Below the pieces are notes generated by a model. It had not been told where the DNA came from and searched no databases. It saw only the letters and a program-made list of their open reading frames with translations. From a bacterium (GTDB taxonomy: Bacteria; SAR324; NAC60-12), in assembly GCA_965205865.1 (NCBI GenBank), contig CBDBHR010000030.1:384001-448000 (forward strand): a DNA stretch of 64,000 nt, read 5' to 3'. The position numbers were made by a program, and so were the translations under genes. Shown here piece after piece: positions 10,911-21,988 of this stretch (its first letter is position 1; every line of letters starts with the position of its first letter).

Positions 10911-11225
10911 CGTCATTGCCACCCCTCTTTTGTCATTGCGAGCCCTGATTCTATTGTCCCGACTCGGAAGTTCGTTGCATAAATCGCATCATGTTCCGGA
11001 GTGGGCCTGTGGTTCGACAGGCTCACCACGAACGGGAAAATCCAACACCCCGTGAACGGGAAAATCCAATACTCCGTTCGCCCTGAGCCCGTGGAAGGGC
11101 CGCCGAAGGCTTTCTCTTTGTTAAGCGCACTTCTGAGACAATAGACTATCGGGGCTTCGTCAAGTTCCTTCACTGCCTCTTCGCTGCACTCAGAGCTTCG
11201 GTTCAGGACAAGCCTCGCAATGACA
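10911..11225. repeat. Nested palindromic REP-like repeats between the permease and SBP genes
   Basis: tgtcattgcgag...ctcgcaatgaca pair enclosing ttcgacaggctcaccacgaacgg...ccgttcgccctgagcccgtggaaggg. Confidence 0.6.
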
Positions 11226-11258
11226 GTAAGAAAGGCCCCCTCTCATTATTCAATGAGT

Positions 11259-11299
11259 AAGGGAGCTGGGAAGCTTGCAAGCTTCCCAGCTCCCTTTTT
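11259..11299. terminator. Perfect 18-bp stem hairpin downstream of the SBP gene
   Basis: aagggagctgggaagctt-gc-aagcttcccagctccctt; the T-tract is on the + strand, so it may be a stabilising hairpin for the minus-strand transcript. Confidence 0.6.
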
Positions 11300-11329
11300 C
11301 CATGAGGTCAGCCACAAGGGGTGAAACCC

Positions 11330-13096
11330 CTAATGACCCATTTCTTTCTTCAGATCCTGATCGATCCAGAGGCGGCCGAAGATTTGATTCTTAGAAAGGT
11401 ATCCCAACCCGAATTCACCGTTGTAACCTTTGACCCACGGCCAGATCGCGTCAAATACTGGATTCATAAGACTCCAGACAGCCCAGTGCCTCTCTACCGC
11501 GTACATATCCATCGCTTTAACCAGCCTCTGCTGCTCCTCGATGGTGGTCGCCGCCCCGGCGGCTTCAAACATGGCTTCGTAATCCGGGTCGTTCACTGCG
11601 GAGGTGTTCCATGAAACGGCGGACGTATAGCGGCCCGGAGGATTGAGAGGATCAGCCGCACTCCCATAGGCCATTTCGTGAGAGATCATTTCGAAATCAC
11701 CGGCTCTTCTTATAGTGACAAATGGAGCTATTGGCTGTACCTGAACCTCGACATCAACGCCAATCTTATTCCAGTATGAAGCGAGTAATTCTGTAAAGTT
11801 CGCATCGTACCGGTCGAGGTGGATATAGACGGTCTTGAACCGAATGCCGTCGGCGCCGCGAGGTAATCCCGCGGCATCAAGCAACGCCTCTGCCCCTGCC
11901 GGGTCATAGTCATAGACTTTCTTGAGCTCTTCGGGCCACTCTTCAAATGGGATGAAATACCCCATCATACCATCCCCTACCTGCCCGTGAGGCGTGGTAT
12001 CTCCATAACCCTTAAAGAAGGCATCTTGAATTGTCTCAAGGTCGAGTGCCATCTGCATTGCCTTGCGCACCCTGATATCGGTAAAGGGCGGCTTATTCAC
12101 GTTAAGACCAGTAGAATTGGTCGACGCAAGGGCAATCGTCCATATCACGAGTTCGGGGTTGGTCTTCTGGAGGCTCTCTACCTGGTCGACAGTCCTTATA
12201 TTACGGAGTAAATCAAGCTTACCCGTGCGCAGTGCCGCCAGAGATGTTGCCACTTCTGGCATAATCGGGGCCCTTATCCCGTCAACATAGGGCAGTCGGT
12301 TCTGCGGGTATTTTTCGTCGTAGCCCCAGTAGTCGGGATTCTTGGTCCACGTAATAGAGCTTCCCTCGACCCAGTCAGTCAGCATAAAGGGTCCGGTACC
12401 GACCAGGTTCCTCCAATCACTAGCGTCGCCGTATTGCTCGATTACCTCGGGGGGGTATATCCAAGCAAGCCAGTCGTCGAGGATACCAGCCAGTGCCTGC
12501 AGGTGTGGCTTCTTCAGCTTAAAAACAACCGTCCATTTATCGGTGGCTTCTATCGATTCGAATGACATAGTTTTGAGAAGCTGAGATTTGGGGCTGAGTT
12601 CGGTGAAGCCGCTGCCCAGACCCATCATGCGGTGAAAGTTATATTCGACATCCTTGGCAGTCAGCTCCCGACCGTTCATCGGTGCCTTATCGTGCCAGTG
12701 AACGCCCTGACGGATGTTGAGGATGATCGTTAGTGGGTCGGGCTGTTCCCAGCTTTCAGCCAGCTGCCCCGTCATGGCAAATACAGGCGCGTTGAGACCT
12801 ACGAAGCCAAATTCGTCCCTATCTATTCCCCAGTTCGGGAAGCCTATCTTCTCTAAAACACCATCGACGAATCCTGCCCCCCAGGCACCAGCGGCCACGA
12901 CGTCAGCATTCTTAAACTCTTCCTTCCGGGCGAAGGTCAATGTCCCGCCATATCGTGGGGCCTCCACCATCTCCCCGGTAGTGGGATCGGTCACGTACTT
13001 GGCTGCCCAGACCTGGCCAGCCATGAAGACGCTTGCTCCCATGATGAGAGCCAGCAGGGTTGCGCTCAATTTTGAGCTGCTTTTTAGATTAAACAT
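11330..13096 (-). CDS. ABC transporter substrate-binding protein, family 5
   Basis: LAESWE, VGTGPF, NPDYW and DIRVRKAM motifs; signal peptide after ATG 13096 with RBS GGAGA; the ORF can extend to 13303. Confidence 0.95.
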   Translation of the reverse strand: MFNLKSSSKLSATLLALIMGASVFMAGQVWAAKYVTDPTTGEMVEAPRYGGTLTFARKEEFKNADVVAAGAWGAGFVDGVLEKIGFPNWGIDRDEFGFVGLNAPVFAMTGQLAESWEQPDPLTIILNIRQGVHWHDKAPMNGRELTAKDVEYNFHRMMGLGSGFTELSPKSQLLKTMSFESIEATDKWTVVFKLKKPHLQALAGILDDWLAWIYPPEVIEQYGDASDWRNLVGTGPFMLTDWVEGSSITWTKNPDYWGYDEKYPQNRLPYVDGIRAPIMPEVATSLAALRTGKLDLLRNIRTVDQVESLQKTNPELVIWTIALASTNSTGLNVNKPPFTDIRVRKAMQMALDLETIQDAFFKGYGDTTPHGQVGDGMMGYFIPFEEWPEELKKVYDYDPAGAEALLDAAGLPRGADGIRFKTVYIHLDRYDANFTELLASYWNKIGVDVEVQVQPIAPFVTIRRAGDFEMISHEMAYGSAADPLNPPGRYTSAVSWNTSAVNDPDYEAMFEAAGAATTIEEQQRLVKAMDMYAVERHWAVWSLMNPVFDAIWPWVKGYNGEFGLGYLSKNQIFGRLWIDQDLKKEMGH

Positions 13097-13527
13097 ACGA
13101 GATTCTCCGTTTGGATGTTTAAAAATATTAAGGATTGATTTGAAACCTGCCTTCATTCCCAAAAGCACGTTCTCGACGAGTCCTCTACTTTTTTGACGGT
13201 TCAAGGTGCTCCTTTCTGCTTTTTGATTAAAAACAAGATTGCGGGTTGCTTTAAAACCTGCTTTCGTCCCCGAAAGCACGTTCTCGACGATTGCTCTACA
13301 CATTGGGTCTCCTTCATTTTCAAGTGATCAAAAAACCGATTCATTGGCTCCAGGATTGGGCAATGAACCATAAACCGACGCACTCAGGCGCCGATGATTT
13401 TCCAAATTCCCCATTGCCGTTCCGTTCCCGGAACGAGTCATCTTAAGGATCTCTTCCTGATGTCGAGATAATATAAGGGGGTAGAACTTGGGATTGGGGA
13501 CTTGTGACTTGTTGCTTAGAACTTATT

Positions 13528-13581
13528 ACTGGGAACTGGGAACTGGGAACTGGGAACTGGGAACTGGGAACTGGGAACTGG
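13528..13581. repeat. Heptamer simple repeat (ACTGGGA)x7.7
   Basis: Direct reading; degenerate heptamers precede it. Confidence 0.95.
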
Positions 13582-13587
13582 CTTTTA

Positions 13588-14393
13588 AGTTTACTCTCAT
13601 AACTACCTCATTGTCAAGATGTTTTTTACTTGAAACAAGTTAATTTCAGACTTTCATGTCATCCTGACGATTTGCCCAAACAGGTGTACCGAAAGCGGCA
13701 ATGCGAAGGATCTCATTATTGCTCTTTCGTCTCTGGAATAAAATATTATAATCGCTCTGCAAATGTATCAAGATTTTTTTATACATGGCGACTCATTCAT
13801 TCATGAGTGTATTCTTATGATCAACGAAAATACTTTTTCATGTTGAGATACAGAAGTCAACATTTTTGGCACTTTTCAATTCCAAGTTGACAGTTTCTAA
13901 AAATCCTCTGGTGATGATATGATGTTTTACATGACTTTCGGCTAAAATATTAGCGAAATTGAAATAAAACCTTCAGGCAAAGGCGATTTCTTGAAAACTA
14001 TCACAAAAGAACGATGATGGCAATATCCTGGTAGATTTCATTATCCCCTTCAGTATCCTCTCTATATAACAATATTTAGAGGAGGTCAATCGATTTTTTT
14101 TTGCTCACCTTAATTCCTCAGGGGCGAGTGCTGGTTTCATCCTGGACTTGATCCTCGCTGCTCTCTATGATGGCAAAATCCTGGTAGATTTCATTATCCC
14201 CTTCAGTATCCTACCATCCGACGATATTTCAAAACGTGTCTAAGATACATGACTTTCGCTCTCAGAATAGCGAAGGCATCCTTGCAGCACAATATAAAAA
14301 TATTTAGAGGATGTCAATAGATTTATTTTGCTCATCTTAACTCCTCAGTGGCGAGTGCTTGTGTCATCCTGGACTTGATCCTCGCTGCTCTCT
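13588..14393 (-). promoter_or_regulatory. Several sigma70-like promoters, two of them within duplicated modules, upstream of the SBP gene
   Basis: TTGACA-17-TATTGT (14317-14289); TTGACC-17-TATAGA (14089-14061); TTGACA-18-TAAACT (13617-13588); direct repeats ~14016-14166 and ~14169-14393. Confidence 0.55.
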
Positions 14394-14591
14394 GTGTCAG
14401 TCCTTGAAAATACGGGGCAATCCTGCCCTTCCCGGAACGAAAAGCATGGGATTCAGAGCAAATCATTTCAATGACTGATGAGCACTCGGCACGCGTGAGA
14501 TATGAAAATAATCTGGATTAATTGTCAGTCAATCAATCCAATTATTGGAACAATTTTTGTGGTAAGTCAGGAATCTTCAGGATGTTTTTAA

Positions 14592-16343
14592 CCTAAGTTG
14601 AGCGATTCGTAATAAAAAAAGCTCCCAACCTTGGGAAAAATGTGTTATATTTCAGTGGTTAAAATAAAAAAATTCACAAAATCTAACACAACCCAACAGG
14701 TAGAGAGCTTTATGGAAAAAAATATAACAGTTCAGGATAAAAAGAAACAGATAATTGATGCCATTCAGCCAACCGATGAACACTTGACAAGTCGTGCCGG
14801 ATTGGCCTTGTTTGCCCAGTATCTGCAAAGCATTCGGCTGATGCCGATCATCGAAAGGTTGTTTGGTTCGATGCGTAAAAATAAAAAAGGAATTGCTGTC
14901 TCTGATTTTTTTGCGCAGATCCTCTGTTTTTTCATGGACGGCAGCAGCCGTCATCTCAGTTGGTTCGATCACCTCAAAAGGGGCGAGGGTTATGCCGCCT
15001 TGCTGTCATGCAGTGAGCAAGACCTTGCCTCCTCGCATGCCGTGAAAAGATTTTTTGGAAAGTTCTCTTTTGTACGAGTCTACCTGTTTCGTCATCTGCT
15101 GCAGATACTGTTTATCTGGAGACTGAAGAAGACTTGTCCAACGGTGATTGTGTTGGGTCTGGATTCGATGGTACTTGATAATGATGATGCCCTGAAACGC
15201 CATGGTGTCCAGCCGACTTACAAGATGGTCAAAGGATTTCATCCCCTGCAGATGAATTGGGGTCGTTATATGGTTGACGCAGTTTTTCGCGGAGGTAGCA
15301 AACATTCGAATCACGGGAAAACTGTTCAGAATATGCTGGTTCATATCGTGAAAAGGATTCGCCGCCAATACCGAGATGATGTACCAATCATGGTGCGCAT
15401 GGACACCGGTTTTTTTGACGAAAAAATCTTTGAAACCTGTGAACGACTGAACATCGGTTAGCTGAAGCGGAGGAAAGTCCTATGCCAATGTGAGGAATGC
15501 TGCGGAAGAAGCCACTGACTGGCAGACCTTCACTTCATCGGGCAAGAAGGAGATCTGGCAGTACACCGAGTTTAAGAGCCAGCAGGGGACATGGAAGAAG
15601 GCTCGTCGCACGATCTACAGCCGCTTGATTGAACACGATAGCCAACTCTCTTTGCCGGGTTTGGATCATGATGGCGTGATCATTACGAACCTTGGTATGG
15701 GAGAGGCCATTGATGGCCAACTCAGCCAAGCCGCTGAAGAAAAGCGCATCGATGCTCATAGCATCCTTGGCTCGTACCACGGACGGGGAAAGGATGAACT
15801 GGCCAACCGGGCGCTGAAAAACTTTGGTCATCAACAACTTCCCTTCAAGGACTTCATTTCCAATACCGCATGGTACTATCTGATGCTGGTTGGCAATAAC
15901 CTCTTCGAATCCTTCAAAGAAGATGTCAGCAAGCCAGTGATTGCGGTAACGATGTATGCTGATACCTTCCGGCGCCAGTTTCTTGATACGGCAGGCAAAC
16001 TGCTTCGTCATGCCGGAAAACTGATCTTGAAAATACCAAAAAAGACCTTTGAGCGCTTGCAATTGGACCAACTATTTGCCACCTGCCAGCACGCATTGGC
16101 GCCAATCTGATCAACGGGTTTCGCTTCAATTAAAAAACAAAAACATTAAAGTTTAAGGGGATAAGTGCGTCCAAAACATGAGAAATGAAGACCTTCCACA
16201 TCTGAAAACAGCATTTTGATGCTCATTCTCACTCAAACATCCATGGATTTGATGATCAAAATCTGATTTCAGAATGATTGCCTTTCTCAGGCAAAAAAAT
16301 CATCTTGAAAATCTGATCCTTTTTTAGAATCGCTCAATTTGGG
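14592..16343 (+). mobile_element. Second IS1380-family element; transposase split (14631..15461 and 15490..16110)
   Basis: TIRs cctaagttgagcgattc / gaatcgctcaatttggg; LDSMV, FHPL and RMDTGF motifs; stop at 15459 with frameshift; no TSD. Confidence 0.9.
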
Positions 16344-16417
16344 AATTTGATTGTCACCAAGACTGAGAAGATCAGCCTGCGCGCCAATAAAAGAAGCAAC
16401 CAGACTTTCAGCAGATT

Positions 16418-16740
16418 TTGTCAAATCTCAAAACAGGTCCCGATGACGTGAAGGCTTTTCTGTTCACGGGTGGTTTGACTGATCCCAGGAAAACCGACTT
16501 TCATTTCGAGTATATGGGCCAAGACAAACGCAATCATCGCTACTTCCCCGACTTTGCGCTTGTGAAAAAGACAAGGGAGTTTTATTTTGTCGAAGTCAAG
16601 GCCGAGAACGAGAGCGGTGATAAAACGGTGGAAGCAAAGCAAAAAGCGGTGGAAAGGCTTCAAAATTTGCAACCGGATAAATTCAAGTACCACGTCGTTT
16701 ATACGTTAGCAATCAAGACAAGCGCAGAGAAATTGAAACA
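16418..16740 (+). pseudogene. Type III restriction endonuclease-like C-terminal nuclease fragment
   Basis: YFPDF...FVEVK PD-(D/E)xK motif; no 5' part. Confidence 0.65.
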
Positions 16741-16746
16741 GATGAG

Positions 16747-18990
16747 GCGCAAAACTTTTCGGGCCGTCATCGTCTTGCAGAGCATTGCAACGGCCCCCTC
16801 CGCAGGCAGAGCCTCGATCAACCGGATCAACATCCACTCGGCGATGTCAAAATTGGACTTTCCGGTGCGCGCATCAAACCCTCGTAAGCCCTGAAAATTC
16901 ATCTTCCTGGGAAGGTTCTGACTCCTCAGAAGACCCAGATCAGAGTTGGTAACCCAAGGGGGATTGCCTATGACCTAAATCCTGCAATTAGATGACAATC
17001 AAACATGGAAATGGTAATATACTCAAATAGTTAACAGCAGAATCAACATTTTAAGAGATCACCATTACCATGAAAAACAAACGTAGCGCAAGATCGGCAA
17101 GAACGACAGCAAAAAACATCCATATCAGCCAGGGAGGCAGAGACCTGACCGCGCAAGCAGGCTTGATTCCGGTTGTCAAATTTTTTCACAAAGAAGGGAT
17201 TGTTTCAAAGACAGAGCAGACCGTAGATCATCGGCGTGGCGCCACGGGTCTTTATGACGCGGTGGACATGGTCATTTTGTCGGTGGTCGGCATTGTTGGT
17301 GGCGCCCGTTCGATTCGTTCGATTGTGACAGTTTGGAACGACCGTGTTTTGAGTCGTGTGGCCGGTTGGCTGAGGATTCCGGATGAAACCACATTCGGCC
17401 GGATACTGCGTACTTTCACACAGAAAAACATCAATGAGATGGAGAGCTTGAACCATCGGATTCGAGCCGGTATCTGGCGTAAGGCGCTTCGAAGTGGGAC
17501 AAGCATCGTTGGGGTGTTACACTGTCTTGTGATTGACGTGGACTCCACTGTGAAAACGGCCTACGGCAAGCAGCAAGGAGTGTCTGTCGGATATAATCCC
17601 CACAAACGCGGTGCAGCTTCGTATCATCCTCTGCTGGCATTTTGCGCAGAGACAAAGGAGATTCTTCAGGGTTGGCTTCGTGATGGGAGTGCCTATACCA
17701 GCAATGGAGTCGTTGAATTCATGCGGCAACTTCTCGCTCACCTTCCAAATCGGACTCGCACTCTGTTTCGTGGAGACAGTGGTTTTTTTGTGGGGGATTT
17801 GCTGGATTTCCTCGAAGAACGAGGCCATGGCTATCTGATCAAGGTCAAACTCAAGGGGCTTGTCTCGTTGTTGGAAACCCAAAAATGGCAAAAAGTGAAG
17901 GGGCAGCCCGCTTGGGAAGGGTGTGAGTTTTCCCACCAATGTGAAACTTGGAGGAGGTCAAGAAAATTCATGGCCGTACGCAGGGAGAAAGAGGAGGAAC
18001 TCAAAGGGATGGCCACCCTCTTTGAGATGAAGGAGTACGATTATTTTTGTTATGTTCTCACTGACGCGCTCACTCCCTGGCAGGCTCACAAAGAGTATGG
18101 CCAAAGGGCGGTCGCTGAGACATGGATTGAGGAAGCAAAAAATCAAACTGCGCTGGCTCAGATTAAAACCGACGATTTTTGGGCCAACAGTGCCTTGTTC
18201 CAATGCGCGATACTCGCTTACAACACGCTGCGCTGGATGGCCCTTTGTAGTGGTAACGCAATACTGCGCCGTTGGGAACCGGCCACCATGCGCACCTATC
18301 TTGTCCGAATGGCAGGAAAATGGACGAGTGGCGCTCGTCAACAAAAACTGAGAGTTCCGGAAAGAACACTTTACAATGCTCAATGGGATGCATGGGTCGC
18401 TGTTGGAGAGACCTGGAACCTTTGTTTCACTCCAGTGGATACATTTTGCTGAGATGTAGATTCCCAAATCCAGGGAGAAGTACGTCTTGAATCTTGTGCC
18501 CGCGAAAGCGGGTATCAGATCATCACAAAATATGACGATCTAATGGAGGGCGGAAAAACCTTTATGAGCAAGGACTGATGGAAATTCAACTCTCAAATCC
18601 TTTTTTTTAAAAAAACCTCTCAAAGAGTGGGGGGAAACTCAATCAAAATATTCAATTGCAGGATTTAGGTATGACAAGGACCCTTTTCGCTCCGCTTCTG
18701 TTGAGATTGTGTTTCCAGTCCTCGGAGAAGAAATCGCGATGAAATAGCTCAACCCCAAGTCCTTCCAGGCGATTGCAAGCGAGGTCAACATATTGCCGGT
18801 TGACTTCATATCCCTCGTAGTGGCAATCCCGCCCCCATTGATCAACGGATGCTGCGAGAAAAGCTCCAAAACCCGCGGTTGGTTCCACGACCAGATCAGG
18901 AGTTCCGAAAATATCTGCCACCAGCATGGTAACCTTGTGGGCCAGACCATCGGGGGTCTGAAAATCTCCAAATTCCTTTTTAGCGCTCAT
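16747..18990 (-). pseudogene. Amino-DNA methyltransferase interrupted by IS1380 and 3'-truncated
   Basis: GDFQTP and EPTAGFGAF (motif I) at 18990-18675; continues after the IS as IGNPPW (motif IV). Confidence 0.85.
16974..18669 (+). mobile_element. IS1380-family element, copy 2 (transposase 17070..18452)
   Basis: Near-identical inverted copy of 6807-8502 (2 aa differences); TSD TATGA. Confidence 0.95.
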
Positions 18991-19074
18991 AGTGCGTCGA
19001 TTCCCGTCACGATTCCTGCTTGTTGGATAACGCGTCTGTATTGCAGCCGCCAAAATTTTATCAGGACTGCTCAG

Positions 19075-19215
19075 AATGGCATCAATTTTCTGTTTCTTTT
19101 TATCCTGTATTGTTGTATCTTTTTCCATAAAGCTCTCTACCTGCTGGGCCGTGTCAGATTTTGTCGTAATATTGTTTTTACTCACTGAAATATAATACAT
19201 TTTCCCTACGGATGA
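19075..19215 (-). pseudogene. Short 5' fragment of an IS1380 related to the 14592 element
   Basis: GKMYYISV...QQVESFMEK...QDKKKQ.IDAI matches the N-terminus of 14631..15461. Confidence 0.75.
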
Positions 19216-19320
19216 GAGTTCAGGCATTGTTACCACGTCCAAAACGAAGTCGACATTGAAGGAACTCTCCGAGGAAGCAAAGTCCATTTTGAAGGCCACG
19301 GTGATTAAGCAAGGAGCCCA

Positions 19321-20196
19321 ATGATGAAGCGCGTTTTATTCAGGTTATCCGTTTCCCCCGCCACTTGCGTTTTTCTCGCGATTCTTCTCGCGACGGCGGT
19401 TGTCGCCGAAGACAAGCCGGCTCTGCTCCTCGCTGAAAAATACAACCAGGATATTGACCTTGCCGCCTATTGGGTGAGCGAAAAACTGGACGGCGTGCGG
19501 GCGTTCTGGGACGGCAAACAGCTGAATTCACGTGGCGGCAACACCTTTGCGGCGCCATCGTGGTTTACCGCCGACTTCCCGTCTGTCGTACTGGATGGCG
19601 AGCTGTGGGTCGGGCGCGGGCAGTTTGAAGAGACGGCATCCATCGTATCCCGCCACACGCCGCACGACGGCTGGCGACAAGTGCGCTACATGGTCTTTGA
19701 CTTGCCCGAGGACCCCGGTATTTTTGATGAGCGGCTGCAAAATCTGCGGACCGCCGTCGCTGCATCGGCAAGCGAATTTCTCGCCGTCATCCCACAGCGC
19801 ATAGTTCCTGACCACAAGTCGCTGCTGGAAATGCTGGACACCGTCGTCGCCAAAGGCGGCGAAGGACTGATGCTGCATCGCGGCGATTCTCGCTACCATG
19901 GCGGGCGCAGCATGGATTTATTGAAACTGAAACGATTCGATGACGCGGAAGGAATCGTGATCGCCCACAATCCCGGCCAGGGAAGGCTCGCCGGGCTGAT
20001 AGGAAGTGTCACGGTGCGAACCGCGCAGGGCGCCATCATTAGAATCGGCAGCGGGTTTTCCGACGATGAGCGTAAGAATCCGCCGCCCATTGGCACTACC
20101 ATCACCTTCAAGCACCAGGGATTCACCGCCAAGGGCAAACCGCGGTTCCCGGTCTTCTTGCGCATTCGCGACGACGAGCCAGCGGGAAACAGATAA
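19321..20196 (+). CDS. Minimal ATP-dependent DNA ligase with signal peptide (Lig E type)
   Basis: WVSEKLDGVRA, DGELW, EGLML, LLKLK and PRFP motifs; N-terminal signal ending AVVA. Confidence 0.9.
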   Translation: MMKRVLFRLSVSPATCVFLAILLATAVVAEDKPALLLAEKYNQDIDLAAYWVSEKLDGVRAFWDGKQLNSRGGNTFAAPSWFTADFPSVVLDGELWVGRGQFEETASIVSRHTPHDGWRQVRYMVFDLPEDPGIFDERLQNLRTAVAASASEFLAVIPQRIVPDHKSLLEMLDTVVAKGGEGLMLHRGDSRYHGGRSMDLLKLKRFDDAEGIVIAHNPGQGRLAGLIGSVTVRTAQGAIIRIGSGFSDDERKNPPPIGTTITFKHQGFTAKGKPRFPVFLRIRDDEPAGNR

Positions 20197-20742
20197 AGAT
20201 TCCTACCATCAGACTGTCGGCCTGAAGCACGGGATTTGTGGTCGCCCCTCCTTTTTGCGGATCTTCTCATTCAGTCACTTATCCATCAGGACGTTCCGCA
20301 GAATCGGCGCGAGAAATTTCAGCATGCCCTTGACGTGTTTGCGCCAGGCTCGATAAGTGACATTTTCGTCCAAGGGGACGTACGGGATCTCATCCACGGA
20401 GAGCTTTTTGAATCGGAAAGCGCCATATCACAAAAGAATTCGATGACCTGAGCAGCCCTAGAAAAATAGATCGAATTCGGTTCTTTACCTTGCTCTCGCC
20501 GGGGAACAGAGCAGCTACTGATTTCAAGAAGTTATGACGTGGAGCATTAGCGGAAAATCGCATTGACGATGTTCTATTTGAAAAAGTGGAAATTTAGCAG
20601 ACGAGCGTTTTTTGCTAAGCAGCTTCTAAGTTGAGAACTTTTTTATCACGATTCACACAAGCCTGGTTTAAATCGTGACTTGAAAGAATTTGTTAGAGAG
20701 ATTGTTGGAACTATAAACACCCAAGAATACAATGGAGGGATT

Positions 20743-21003
20743 ATGGCAAAAACCGCTACAATCACTGTGAAAATAAACGAAAAATTGAAACAAAATGCTG
20801 AACGAGTATTGAAGACTTTGGGAATCAATACTTCTCAAGTAATCACCATGCTTTATAAACAAATCGAGTTGCAACAAGGAATTCCTTTTCCGGTGAAAAT
20901 TCCGAATGAGGAAACGATTGAAGCCTTAGAAGACGTAATTGCCGAGAAAAACATGGATACCTTTGAGACGCTGGATGAGCTCTATAAGGATTTGGACATA
21001 TGA
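20743..21003 (+). CDS. dinJ: RelB/DinJ-family antitoxin
   Basis: RHH-type N-terminus, GIPFPVKIPN motif; ATGA overlap with the toxin. Confidence 0.85.
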   Translation: MAKTATITVKINEKLKQNAERVLKTLGINTSQVITMLYKQIELQQGIPFPVKIPNEETIEALEDVIAEKNMDTFETLDELYKDLDI

Positions 21004-21275
21004 TCATAGAGATCCGGCGGCAGACAAAATTTAAAAAAGATATCAAACGACTGAAAAAACAAGGCAAGGATGTCACCTTATTAAAAGAGATCTTAGAACT
21101 GCTTTGCAAAGACGAACCGCTGGATAAAAAATATCTCTACCACCCATTAAAAGGGAATTATCAAAGATTTCGGGAATGCCATATCGAATCGGATTGGTTG
21201 TTAATCTATCAAAAATCTACAACCAAATTAATCCTAGTTCGCTCAGGTTCTCATGCGGAGCTTTTCAATATGTAA
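21000..21275 (+). CDS. yafQ: YafQ-family mRNA interferase toxin
   Basis: FKKDIK, HPLKG, RECHI.SDWLLIY and RSGSHAELF motifs. Confidence 0.9.
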   Translation: MIIEIRRQTKFKKDIKRLKKQGKDVTLLKEILELLCKDEPLDKKYLYHPLKGNYQRFRECHIESDWLLIYQKSTTKLILVRSGSHAELFNM

Positions 21276-21610
21276 GTCCTCATTTTGACACTGTTCACTC
21301 ATCATTCCCAAAAAGGGTTCAATCGAGTACATATCCATTTTATTTTATTGAACTTATAAAGATTTCAATGTCATCCTAGCGCACGCGGAGATCCAGTTGG
21401 TATACTCCGAATCTCTGGATCCCGGATCAAGTCCGGGATGACAAAGCGAGTATACAGCTTTAAGAAAAAGCATTTTGCAATGGTAAATGAACAGTCTCAT
21501 TTTTTTGTTTCCCTTCTCCTTCTTCCTAACGATGTCAAATCTCAATTTTCAGTGGAGCATTGATTCGCATAATCAGGGCTTGCCGAAAAACTTTTATTTT
21601 TGAAAAAGGT

Positions 21611-21981
21611 GTAACTATTCAACCTGAGTTCGACATAAATCTTCAATAATATGAGTATTCTAGTGTATATGTCATCCTCGCGAAAGCGGGGATCCGGATT
21701 TCAGTCTGGCTGCATACCTCTGGATTCCTTCCCTGCGTACGCAGGGATCTCGCAGGAATGACAAGGTTTCTCTAAGATATGAAGATTCCATAACATATTG
21801 AATTTATTAAATTCTTATCTCGAACTCAGGTTATTCAGGTCTTTTCAGAGACCCCTTCGATTTTGGCACGGATTTTCCATCTAAAATATCGTGGGAGGAC
21901 GTGAAAAAGATTGATCCTCCCTGGGAATCTTTTTTCAACGTTATTTAATCAATCAGGTTCTTAAGAGACCTGAATAGTTAC
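21611..21981. mobile_element. MITE with GTAACTATTCAGGT TIRs, with a second MITE (21622-21831) inserted in its left TIR
   Basis: gtaac[tattca]acctgagttcga...tcgaactcaggt[tattca]ggtct...agacctgaatagttac. Confidence 0.8.
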
Positions 21982-21988
21982 ACATGAC

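Noticed and set aside
14275-14288. Sigma54-like GG-N10-GC motifs (also ~45544)
   Set aside because: They point away from the SBP genes and match the consensus poorly; sigma70 boxes on the minus strand explain the region better.
6807-18669. Composite transposon or inversion bounded by the inverted IS1380 pair
   Set aside because: Each copy retains its own TSD (TGTCA; TATGA), indicating independent insertions with no rearrangement between them.
18652-19299. 215-aa ORF as a real gene
   Set aside because: It is a chance in-frame fusion of an IS1380 fragment, the methyltransferase N-terminus and the IS end.
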